In this document: positions 23,601 to 34,840 of the stretch, piece after piece | Layout of the letters: each line of letters starts with the position of its first letter | How positions within the stretch are numbered: position 1 is the stretch's first letter | NCBI GenBank assembly: GCA_965202585.1 | Contig: OZ241833.1 | Coordinates: forward strand, 23,746,001-23,810,000 | From: Thalia democratica | Taxonomy: Eukaryota | Reading direction: 5' to 3' | Length of the DNA: 64,000 bases | The notes under the pieces: generated by a model | The model's input: the letters and a program-made list of their open reading frames with translations, nothing else | Databases searched by the model: none | What the model was told of the DNA's origin: nothing | Translations under genes and position numbers: made by a program

Positions 23601-26600
23601 TTTTACTAGGTGAAAAAAACAACAAAAAGCGTTTGACTGATGCTAGTTCAGAAAATCAACATGTGCGAAGACTACGTCAGCTGTACAACTCCGACGTGTC
23701 CGAGATTCTGTCTTCCTACTTTCTGAGTGAAAAGTGCACGTATGAGCGAACTATGGCGAGTTTGAGAGACTGCGAGTCACAATTTTACACGGACTTGCGA
23801 ATGAACCCTAGCATAAACTGCGAGTGAGTTATGAGTGATACAAATGTTTAACTAAAAATTTGCAATCCTAATCTCTGTGGAAATTATGTGATACTTTTTG
23901 TCTTTGTGATAAAAACTCTTAGTTAGCCTTTTATTTATTTTGAATATCTTTTTTTAACACTATTGTTTTCTAGTACTTTAGCTAGTCATATAAGTTACTA
24001 GTATAGTTACTATAGCGTACTATAAGTTTTACTTTTTTTTTAATGTGAATGTTAAGTGAGTGTTAAAGTATTATGTGGAAATACTTTTGCTTGATAAAAA
24101 ATAATTGCTTACCTACTAATACTTAAAAAAAATTATATTACAAAAACAAACAGCTAGATTTTTTTTTTTAGTAAAATATTATAAATATAAAACGCTCATA
24201 AAGGTTTGTATGTCATTTTTATTTTACTTATAACTTTAAACCTATTTTTTGTACAAAACTTATTAAAGTATAAAACAATAAAATTATGTTTTAAAATCTT
24301 AAAATTATGTTGATTGTATAAAAAAAATTAATTCACGTACTTTAAAGTTTTTTAAAGTAAGAATGAATAAGTTTTCTTACACAAAAAAAAAGTATACAAA
24401 AAGAGTAGGTTTGGCTTCATGTTTAAAAAATAATTAACTCGTAATACTGTCTAACAGACAAACACTGAAATGCTCAAGTTTAGATCTAAAATTTATCTAT
24501 TTATTTTAAATTTATTTACGTATAAAACTTGTCTTGAGGAATATTTAGGTTAATCGAATTATATATTTTAATGTTTAAACCTTTTTTTTTTGTAATCCAG
24601 AGTTTACATGACATGAATAACAGTTTCATTTTTACTAAAATCGCTTATATAATTGTATCATTCCATATCAATAAAAACTATGAATTCATTTATTAATATT
24701 TTTGTAAATAACGTTTTTTTCTGTCTTACTTGTTAATTTTTAGTTTCTTTAACTTTAAAACTTGTTTTTAGGAATATTTATATTAATAGAATTATATCTT
24801 TTAATGTTTAAACTATTTTTTTTGTAATCCAGAGTTTACATAACATGAATTATAGTTTCATTTTTACTAAAATCACTTATATAATTGTATCATTCCATAA
24901 TAATAATAACTTATAGTTTAATTATTTATATTTCTTAAATAAAGTTTTTTTCTATTTCCACTATTAAAAACACTAAGGAATGTAAGGTTTTTTTTTTCAA
25001 AAAAAAATAAATTAAAAAAGTTTATAATAAACTAGTACATACTTTTATTTAAAAAGTATTGCGTATTTTAATGAGAATATATACTAGACAGCACGTTGAA
25101 GTTATGGAAAACTGCAAAATAACAAAAATGCTAAACTGTACGGGTGGTCTTGGTGGACCAGATGTAACAGGTCCAGTAACAGAACCTACAAAAGAAATAG
25201 TAGATTCATACTGCAAGCATGGCTCTTTGTACATTGGAAAGTTTGTTGTTTTTAAACATGTATTTTGTTTTCTGCAATATCATTAGTTTCTGATAGTTTC
25301 TTTTAGCAACTTAAAGTAAGTTTGAAGAGTAAAATATAAAATTTATTTGTTTTACTAAGTTCACTGCTAGTAATGTAAAATAGAAGTACAATTAATTTTT
25401 GATTTTAGTATTTTAATAATACATCTTTAAAAAAAAACTCTACATTGTTGAAAAAAAAAGTGAACACAGATGTCTACATACGTTAAAAGTTTGCAAAACA
25501 CGTATCTTAAAACTTTTCTCTACTGCAAATTTATATGTAAAACAGTTAAAATCAATATAACAGTGTTTATTTACCAATAAAAACTGCTTCTATTTTCTTG
25601 AAACAAACACTAAAGCTAATAAATTTGTATTTATAAATAAGATTACTTGTAAAAATCACTACTAACCCTTACAACTTATAAGTATTCAATTAAACTAATA
25701 GATCTGGCTTTCATGAACTTTACATCAATATTCAAAAACGAATGCTAAGTAAAAACAGTTAACATATCTTTATGACTAACAACAAAGCAGATATAAATGT
25801 AGAATTGTACTTTTTGGTTTAGTTTTTCAAATGCTGTCTAAATCTTCCTTGTTTATATTAGTTTTTAAACGTTGCACTAACTAGCGTAAAGACTTTAATA
25901 AACGACTATTGTGAGAAAAGTTTTTAAACAATGTGAAATAAAAGTTATAAACTTAGATACTTAGATATAAGTATTTACGAGATGGCTACTTCGATAAATT
26001 TATAATCTTTTAATAGGTTAGATTTTGAAAACAAATTTATTTTTAATTACTTTTAAAATTAAAACAAACAAAAGCTTAACTTATCGTAAAAAAAGTTATG
26101 TGTTTAAAACTGATAAAACCCCTTTTTGGGCAGTTGTAGTAAGTCGGATGCAATAACTAGTAAGGGGCAAAAGAGAGCAGTTTTAAGTTTTGGACAGTAA
26201 GGTGACAGCAACTAACTTATACCAATCCTGTTTTAACTCAATGCTTTAACTTTAAGATTTAATTTATTGTTTACGTTTTCTAATTTTTGTTAAAAGGAAC
26301 ATTTAAGCTTAGTTAGAATAGTTTTTATCGTGTTTACAGTATTCGAAATAATTTTACTAGTTGTTTTTTTGTTAATTAAAAACAATGAACATTTTACGTT
26401 TACAAACAATCAAAAAATGTATAATAATTATAAAAAGATTACAAAATATTACATCAAACTGTTAACCTATTTAATTTATCCTGAATTTCTAAAACCTTTT
26501 TTTTCTTATCTTAGCGATAACAGAGGAGGTTGCACCAAAAACTACGAAAAAAAGTCACGTGACTGCACGGTCGAGTTCACACGGCGATTCCTCGAAGACA

Positions 26601-29600
26601 TGTACGATGATCGGTTGTGCGATTTGTACGAAAGATCGCGCAATTGCGTGTATGACGTAGAAGAACTGGAGTGTTACGACGACGACAGGAACATAGTCAG
26701 CGCAAAGTTCGCCCACAAGTACATTTATCGGTAAGATGCTCTTCTGTACTAAAATATAATTGTTTTAAAATGTATACTTTATATCGAACAAAAATAAGTT
26801 AAATTAAGTTCTTAGAGTATTTTGTGTTTAATAAACATATTTTGTTGTAGTTGAAATGGAGCTAAGTAACTGTTGTTGATGATTAACTTAAATAATAATT
26901 TTTATGTGACTAAGTACTTAAATATAGAATACTAATAAAATTGTACATTTGTTTTAAATACGCTATTAAGGACTAGGACAAAAATATTACAAACAATTTT
27001 AAGCTACAAGCAATAAAATTGAACTTGAAAATCAAAATTAAGCTGTAAAACGCAATTATTACACAAGTTTAACGATTTATCAAGGTCTTTTTTTTTGCTT
27101 TTGAAGATTTAAAAGGAAACCAGTGTACTTTAGGTAAGGATAAAGACTTTTTGAAAAACAAAATTAAGAAAATGTAATTAATTATAGTATGGCAATGATT
27201 TTACTAAATCAATACAGCGAAAACGAAAACTTACCAGAGTTTTGATAAATTTCATTTTTTGAGTTAATCTTAACCAAAAAGCAGTAGATAAAATTGATTG
27301 TTTTTTTTTATACTTTTGAATGCTTTACCTGTTTATATTTCACTGTTTTTAAAGTTAACATCTATAGGACTATGATAAAAAAATAATGCTTTAAAACAGT
27401 TACATATTTTCGATTAACTTTTTGACTAAGGCAGTAAAGTAATTCAAACGCCTTAAAACGGCGCATTTAATTTTCCCAACCGCAGTATATTCATTAGCTC
27501 AAGCAAGGCTTATAATTGCCAGCCACCCACGAGGTTCTGCGCCTTTTTAATCGCTGAGTTGAAAATTTATTTGACTTTTTGTCGATATCGCTACAGCACC
27601 TAACACCTCGCTTCCTCTCTATTTTCCCAAGCCTCTGTGTGCATGTTGAATCGATTACAATTGCGCCTGGGGAAAGTTGTTGGAAGGACCAGTTAGCGAG
27701 CGTGTTGCAGAGGTGCTAAGTGTCACTCCCGTGCTCGGGCTAATTGCTGTTTATCCGTTTACTGTTTGTTAAGCTGTTAAGTGTGGAAGCGATTTTTGGC
27801 ATGACGTCATGCATCTTTTGAGAGTATGTTTCTGAGACGTTTGAGTTTTAAATAGTTAACTAAACTTGCATTATTGGAACATTTTGAAAAAATTCACTGA
27901 GTATCGTAACATGAATGTTTATAAATTTAATGCAAAATATAAAACATTTTACTTTTTACTAACTAAAAAAAACTGGAACTTTGCTGGTGGATATTTAAAA
28001 TAAGTTTTTGAGTTAATGCATCTTTTTATTATAATTTTACACTTGTTATAGTGTAACTAAATAACAACAAAATTGTTTAATGTAGAGCGAGCAACTTTAT
28101 AAATTATTTACTAAAGCTAAACAATTTTTCTTTTTTGACATTTTCAGTCAAAACCGTTACTATAGTTAATTTAATCATAATAAGCTTAGCGTTAATATTC
28201 AAAAAATAGCTTTTATATGAAGTGAAACATATTTTACATCTTAAATAGCATTTGTTTTAAAAATGAGAATAGTTATTCACTATATATAAAAGCTACTTAA
28301 ACATTAAAATGCAAAGCATAAAACTATTACTAGTTTTAATATAATTACTTACTTTTACTAATATGAAATATATAAACATTAAAATTATAGTTTAACACAT
28401 AAAGAAATGTAAGGTTATTTAAATTTATAAGTTTGAAAAATATTAAATTAATAATCAATAAAACAATCAGATTTTTAAAGAAAAATTTTTATTAAAAAAC
28501 AAATTAATTTTTATTAAAACTTGGTATTCATGAATTGATCTGTTTATTAAGCTGTCCTCAAAGATATTCAGAAAACTTTAACTCTGAGAGCAAAATGCTT
28601 ATTTTTAAAATATAAGTCTAAAAACTTGAATATGCAGCAGTATCTGTTCAGTAACTAGGTACTCAACAATGATGTTTTATATATTTTTTTAGTATTGAAA
28701 ATATACAAAGTTAAAATGTATACGCTTGTTTTATTTAAAAGAATAACTAAAGTACATTATGTATGTAACTGTTAGAAAATTGAATGTGTTTTTATTTATA
28801 ACTTAGTTTCATTAGCAAAAAGTAATAAACTTATATCGAAAAACAATTTCTAAAATTAAAAAAAAAAACTCGTCAGTAATTAAGAGTTTTATATATAACT
28901 TTTTATTTAACGTTGAAAACATTATAACCTTCAGGACTTTCATAAATAAAAATTGATTATCAACTTAAAACAACTTTTTGATTGTCTAAAAATTTGAGGT
29001 AATTAACATTTTATAATTATTATTCTAATACTTCTTGCGCTAACTAGTTAAATAATTAATTTAAAATGTAAGCAAAAGTAAATAATTATTTAAGGCAGAT
29101 GTAAATTAGTTGTTATGGTGTTAAAGTTTTGAAAAACAATAATATAAATGATATTAAAACGCCACAAAATAATTTGAAAATAAACTATTTACAAAATTTC
29201 TTCCAAAACATTATTTAATACTAACATTAAAAAATTAAAAATGTTCAAAAAAAATACGTTTAATGTTTGCTAAACTTTTTTTCGATAAAAGTTTCAATCA
29301 AGTAAAATACTATTACTTGTTTTATTTTAATATTTTACGTTTAAAACACTTACATAGATTACTAGGAATTTTTCTACCTCATATCATTAAAAAGTTATAT
29401 TTGTTTACTATATTGGATTAACCTTCTTTTTAAAATAAGTTATAGAAGACTTTAAAAAGAATTATTACAACTTAATTTTTTTTTATTATAACATATTACA
29501 TAATAATTATATATATAATAGATGTTAAAATTCGTGTGATGTTCTTATTTGTAAGTGTTGAGACTTGCTTAGAAAATAGTTAGTATAAAACATACTAATC

Positions 29601-31652
29601 TTGAAATTGAGGCTGTTTTTGATTTTTATAGTGATTTAAAAATGAGGATTTTTGTAAAAAATGAACGTTTTAACATAAGTTTTTTCAAAGTATAAAGCTT
29701 ATTTGTATTTAAACTTTTCATACCAAAAGTTAATCGGTTTCAAATCTTGCTTTGAACATATTTGGTTTGTTTTGAACATTTCAAACACAGCTTTTTTGAA
29801 CACATATATTTAGCACATTAGCTATAAACACAAATAGTAAATAGCTGACTTTTTTCAATTTTTTTACAGTTTGTTAAGTCAGAAGTTTTCAAGAAAGCAC
29901 GTTGTCTTATTTTACCGCATAAAATTTCCTAGTATTAGACTGTTTGTGTTAATTTGTATGAAGTAAGTAAAAAATTTATCATTGTTGATATATTATATAT
30001 TTCATTTTCAAAAATTATAAATCGTTATAATTTTTTTAAACAATACAACAATTTTGTATTTGTTTTAACAAACTTATTTTCTACAAGATAATAACTTATT
30101 TGTTAAAAAAACTTATATTATGATATTTTTTGTTAATTATTAGGGTAAATCTCATTAAATTAAAAAATATCTTTTTTTTTGAGGAAATCAAAGAAAAAAA
30201 AACCTTTTTTTTATGTTTGCAAAGTTGTTTGCTTTCTATTATTACAATTTTAGACTTGGACAATTATTCAAGAAAAAATATATTTTAAAATAGAAGGAAA
30301 TTTTTTGTTGTTAATATCAGTATTGTTAAAATTATTATTGTTTTTTTCTGATTAAAAGCACAAAATTTACAATACTTATATTCATGTTTTCATTTTTAAA
30401 GGTTAAGTTCAGTTATTGTAAAAATCTCTTCTTTAAAATTCTTAAAAATTTTTTACAATAGTTTATTTAACTATTCAAGTGTAAAACTATTTTAACTGCT
30501 CAAGTTAAATTATTAGATAAAATGAAAATTACGTTTTTAGCACAAAATACTTATAAAAAAATTTCGTAAAAATATATCTGCGTATTACATTTTACTTTCT
30601 TTGAAAAGGTAATTCAAGTATTTATACGTTTGTTATTAGTGTTGTTTATCTCCTTTTAAAAGTTAGTTCAAAGTTATATATATTTTTTAGTTCTTATGTT
30701 ACTAAAAAAAAGATTAATAGTACATTATAAAACACAAAATTTAGTTAATTTTCGTTTAGTTTTATTTTCTTTTATTTTTCATTACCTTAAACTGATTGTT
30801 TTACTACTAAAGATTTAAATATTTAAATAATAAAAAAATATGTGTAAAAGCTCGTGAGAAAATTTATAAGCATGTGGTGTACGACTCAAAAACCGAAAGG
30901 TTTCTTTGTGCACCAGGTCTTTAGACCAAACTTTTTGAGCGCTTTTTTTAACCGTTCAATAAACAATACTAAATCGAGTTACGTAGCCAAAGAAAACATT
31001 AATTACAATACTTTAGTAACAGAAAAAAACTGATCATTTTCTTAATATTAAAAAAACTATTATAAGATGAGAATACTGAACTCAATTTTTTAAACTTACA
31101 AAAGTTTAATATAAAGTTTTAGAGGTAATTATTAATAGTTAAAAAACTCTTTTTATTCTAGTTGTTTAAATTTGTCACGTCAAAAAAAGATTTATTTTGC
31201 TGTTTAATTATTGTGTTTATAAAACAATGTTTCTTTTTTGATCTTTACGAAAGATTAGCTAACATTTATTAAAACATTTATAAGACCAGTAATCTAAATA
31301 AGTTGAGAAATAACATCGAGAGTTTTGCAAATCTGAGGTCCAAATTTAAAGCTCATTTTTTCACAGCTGTTGGAACCCACACTGCTTTATAATAACTGAC
31401 AAGAAAACGAACTACGACGATTTGTTGAGGGGAATATCAGATAACTGCTCCGTCAACACGGCATACGAGTTTTTTCCTCAATTCATATCGAAACCAAGCA
31501 CCACCACTACTACTGCTATGATGACTTTACTCAAAACTAAAAAGACAAAACTGGCGTCACTTGCTGCAGAAACAGAAAACTTGTCCACGTCAATAAGCTT
31601 CTCTTTTAAAACACTGTTTTTTATTTTGATGATACAAACTTTTATTTTATAG
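20602..31652 (+). CDS. Uncharacterised 312-aa secreted, probably GPI-anchored, cysteine-rich protein; gene-level model
   Basis: Phase-consistent exons 20602-20671, 23610-23823, 25088-25240, 26515-26730, 31367-31652 (939 nt). Signal-peptide-like MKAAIFAVFFCYFVEVKS, two Cys modules, PSTTTTT stalk, hydrophobic terminus SFSFKTLFFILMIQTFIL*. Confidence 0.85.
22948..23107. mobile_element. Foldback element/MITE with ~67-bp near-perfect inverted arms
   Basis: cagtaatcttcctatattgtacc..ttcaactggg / cccagttgaa..ggtacaatataggaagattactg; CAGT..ACTG ends; left flank TA. Confidence 0.8.
23610..23823 (+). CDS. GPI-protein exon 2 (propeptide plus start of Cys module 1)
   Basis: ctag|GEKNNKKR..RRLRQLY..EKCTYERTMASLRDCESQFYTDLRMNPSINC ga|gtgagt. 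Confidence 0.88.
24539..24957. repeat. Tandem duplication, two diverged units with ~232-bp spacing
   Basis: Both units contain ttttgtaatccagagtttacat..agtttcatttttactaaaatc.cttatataattgtatcattccata. Confidence 0.85.
25088..25240 (+). CDS. GPI-protein exon 3
   Basis: ctag|QHVEVMENCKITKMLNCTGG..DSYCKHGSLYIG aa|gtttgt, phase 2-2. Confidence 0.85.
26515..26730 (+). CDS. GPI-protein exon 4 (Cys module 2)
   Basis: ttag|DNRGGCTKNYEKKSRDC..RLCDLYERSRNCVYDVEELEC..YIY cg|gtaaga. Confidence 0.88.
27440..27850. promoter_or_regulatory. GC-rich non-coding island in intron 4 of the GPI-protein gene (candidate enhancer or structured RNA)
   Basis: Clearly GC-richer than the flanking intron with no convincing ORF; nested hairpin 27595-27717; palindrome gcatgacgtcatgc at 27799-27812. 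Confidence 0.5.
30872..30964 (-). repeat. Dispersed ~100-nt repeat family, copy C
   Basis: Reverse-complement homologue of 57672-57780 and 63084-63186. Confidence 0.75.
31367..31652 (+). CDS. GPI-protein exon 5 (stalk plus GPI-signal-like tail)
   Basis: tcacag|CWNPHC..SDNC..PSTTTTT..FFILMIQTFIL*; phase matches exon 4. Confidence 0.85.
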
Positions 31653-31886
31653 TAAAGACTAAAAAAATTTTTTTAAACATTAAAAGCCTATGGATCTAAG
31701 TTTAAGTTACATTGTTTGTCTGAAAGATGTTAAGCAAAACTTTTAATTTAACTGTTACATATATAACAAATATACTGATGTTAGTTAGTTTTAAACATCT
31801 TGTTTATCTTATATGTTTAAGGCAATATTTTCTAGATGATATAGTTTTAAGAGGATCGTTTTAGTTTCAGAATGAAATTTTTTCTA

Positions 31887-31892
31887 AATAAA
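31887..31892 (+). terminator. Candidate polyadenylation signal, GPI-protein gene
   Basis: AATAAA about 235 nt after the stop; this hexamer is common in AT-rich DNA, so support is weak. Confidence 0.3.
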
Positions 31893-34498
31893 AAAATCAA
31901 ACTGCAACATCTTAAATTTTATCAAATTATTTTTTTCTCTTGTTTTAGAACTTCAATTTAAATTTTTTATCTTACAGTACATATTTTCAATCAAACGTTT
32001 TCTTTTTGTTTTTTTTTTTACTAAAAAACGGATTTACCATAAGTGGCAACAACATTTTTTATATAGCTTAGCAATAAGTGAATGAAAAAAAAAAATGATT
32101 AAAGTGTTTATTAATTAAATTAGATTTATTTCAAAACAGGCTTTTTGAAATATAGACTTGCCTACGCCCAAACTAAACTTTATGAAACAATTTTAGTTAA
32201 TTCGTATCAATTACTTCAATTTTAATTATACCTCAATTAAAAGAAATATTAAAGTAAAGCATGCTAAACTATTTTTAAAATTCAAAATTGTAAAATCTGC
32301 TAATCAATATAATTTACTTAAAGATAAACAAGGTGGTGAGCTAAATAAAGCTAATGTGTCAAGTTACATTCGCTTTTGTTGGGAAAAGTTTTTATAAATA
32401 TGTTTTAACAGCTCTTTAATTGTTAACAGATCCCACATTCTTATTTATCACTTTATATACTAGTGGTTGACGATAAGGTTAGATATTGCGCGGCCGAATA
32501 AACCGCTTTACCACATGTAACCGACTTATTTTAAAGTTTTTTTTGCTACCAGTAATAAATATTTTTTTCTAAATTAGACATTTTTGTTAAAAAACTAAAA
32601 AGTTTTTATAGTTGTACTGATTAACATTTATTTATTAAAAAAACCTTGATATAATATGTTGTTTACTTTAATTGTTAATTTTTAGTATATATCTTAACTT
32701 ATAAGATGAATTCTAGTAAAAAAACCATTAAGAAGTTCTGAAAACATAAATATTTTTGAAAGCAATTTTAACTTTTTTTATTGTAAGATATTAAAAACAT
32801 TTTAACATAAAGAAAGACCTATAAACCTTTAAACCTTTAAAAAACTAAGTAAAATCTTAAAAAACTTAACCTTAAGTTAAATTATCGAACAAATAGGTTG
32901 CATTTATTCATATTTAAAAAGCAATAAACAGTTTTTGTTAGTTTATCAACAATTAAGTAAACACTGAGTTCATAACTGTTTTACTCAACAATACATTTAA
33001 AGCTTATATTTACTTTTTTATAATCGAATGCTTCTAAAGTCATATAAACTAGTATATGAAACAAGATAGCTAGGTTCTTTTTAAGCAAAGTGTCATCATT
33101 AACAAAGCTGACAAAATATTTATGTGTATGTAGTTATTATAATAAGTTTAAACACTTAAATTTAAACCTAACTCAATCTTTTTTTTTAGTTTACATTGCT
33201 GCCTTACTTTAAAAGAAAAAATTATATCTATTTCAAGCTGTTGTACAAGCATTTTTATCAGTAAATATAAAATGTTTCATTTATACAAAATTAACATAAA
33301 CACAATGTTACACTTCAGACGTACTTTTTACTGAATTTCTTAATCATTTACTCAAATTAAAAAATACTTAAACACAATAGCGTAAATGAAGTTTTGATAA
33401 ATGGCAAACTTATATTCTTTAATATTTTTAGAGTATTGTTTTACTTTTAAAAGTATTCGTGATAAATATTGAGAATCTCTAATAAATATTGTAGCAACAA
33501 GAGCAACAAAAAAAAACAAAAGCAGTCTTTACAAAAAAAAAAAAGTTTTAACTATTTACATAGTGTGCTCAGAATTTAGTATCAGTTAATTTGATTTCCA
33601 CTGTGTTTAAAACATTTAAGAAAAACTAAACAATTGGTTTTTGTGTGCCTATGTACAAAGTAGTGTGCAGAGACCAATTGCTTGTCTACATAAACTGATA
33701 GAAGTAGTTAAGTGTTTTTTAAACTGGTAAACAGATATATTTCTAAAATCTTTTTTTGCTAACTTTAGGAAGTTATAACATATTCCATTTTATCTGCAAA
33801 TGCCATTAAACTGTAATAGCTATGATTTTTTGTTAGAAATATGTAAACAAATAACGAGCCCAAAATCTTTTTATTCATTTATCTACGGTGTAAAGTTTTT
33901 AAAAGCTAGTAAAGTTAAGGTTTAAATAACGAATAAGTATAAATAAAAATATATACTTAATATTATAAGTTTTAAATTTAACAAAATATATTCATATATA
34001 AAGTTACTAGCGACAAAAACACTGTTTAATGACATGTTAAGTAGCTAGTAAATAAAATTACGTTCGAAGCCAATAAAGAAATTACTTAAAGTTTTTTATA
34101 AGGTTGAACAACAAGTAATGTTCGGAAAAAACAAAACATTTATCCTTAACTATATGTTCAAATCGAACTAGCTCTATTTTGTATTTCAAAACATTTTTAT
34201 TTGGATAGAACATTTGTTAACTTTGCATTAGTTGAATTACCTTTTTCTTTTATTGTCTGACTTAAACTTTAAAAAAACTATTTTAAATGATTTAGATGAA
34301 GAAGTTATTAAATGTATATAAATAATAATGATGAAGTTGTCGCATGCTTTTTTATGATGTATCAATTTAATTAGATGTTGAAACTTAACTTTTAGATAAT
34401 AGTTTAACAACAAGTTAATTTTAGTTTGATAACTGTAGTTAAGTATAAAAGTATATAAACAGACTACTGGCTTGATTGATTGAAAATTACAGTGTCAG

Positions 34499-34504
34499 TT
34501 TATT
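34499..34504 (-). terminator. Candidate polyadenylation signal, LLTP gene
   Basis: AATAAA on the minus strand about 210 nt after the stop; weak support. Confidence 0.3.
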
Positions 34505-34711
34505 AAACAGAGAAAAATTACGCCATCATTTAAAGTATGATGCAATAGCAATGACGGAACGAAAGAGACAGTGATAGAGAGGTAATGCTTCCGTGGTGAC
34601 CCATGGAGTCACACGTTAAAAAACGATAAATTAACAAAAAAAATTAAAAGGAATCAATTAAAATTCAGTCGGTGAGTTTTTAGGTAGTACGTCAACGAAA
34701 AGCCACGATGA

Positions 34712-34840
34712 TCATTTCTGGCAAACAGTTTCCGGTTCACCGGTTTCCTCGTTCATCCGACAGGTGCAGCTTTGAGAGTTGACGTTTTTGATGTTGGCGG
34801 ACATGTAGGTGGTCATGTGGGTGACTAGCTCACCGGATTT
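34712..34840 (-). CDS. LLTP exon 21 (terminal)
   Basis: KSGELVTHM..QSCTCRMNEETGEPETVCQK*; TGA at 34714-34712. Confidence 0.88.
   Translation of the reverse strand, partial: KSGELVTHMTTYMSANIKNVNSQSCTCRMNEETGEPETVCQK

Noticed and set aside
27440-27850. Identification of the island as RNase P/MRP, SRP, 7SK, telomerase RNA, snRNA or tRNA
   Set aside because: Only a GGGAAAG fragment is reminiscent of RNase P/MRP. The other diagnostic motifs, a telomere template and a cloverleaf were not found by eye. It is kept as an unassigned candidate.
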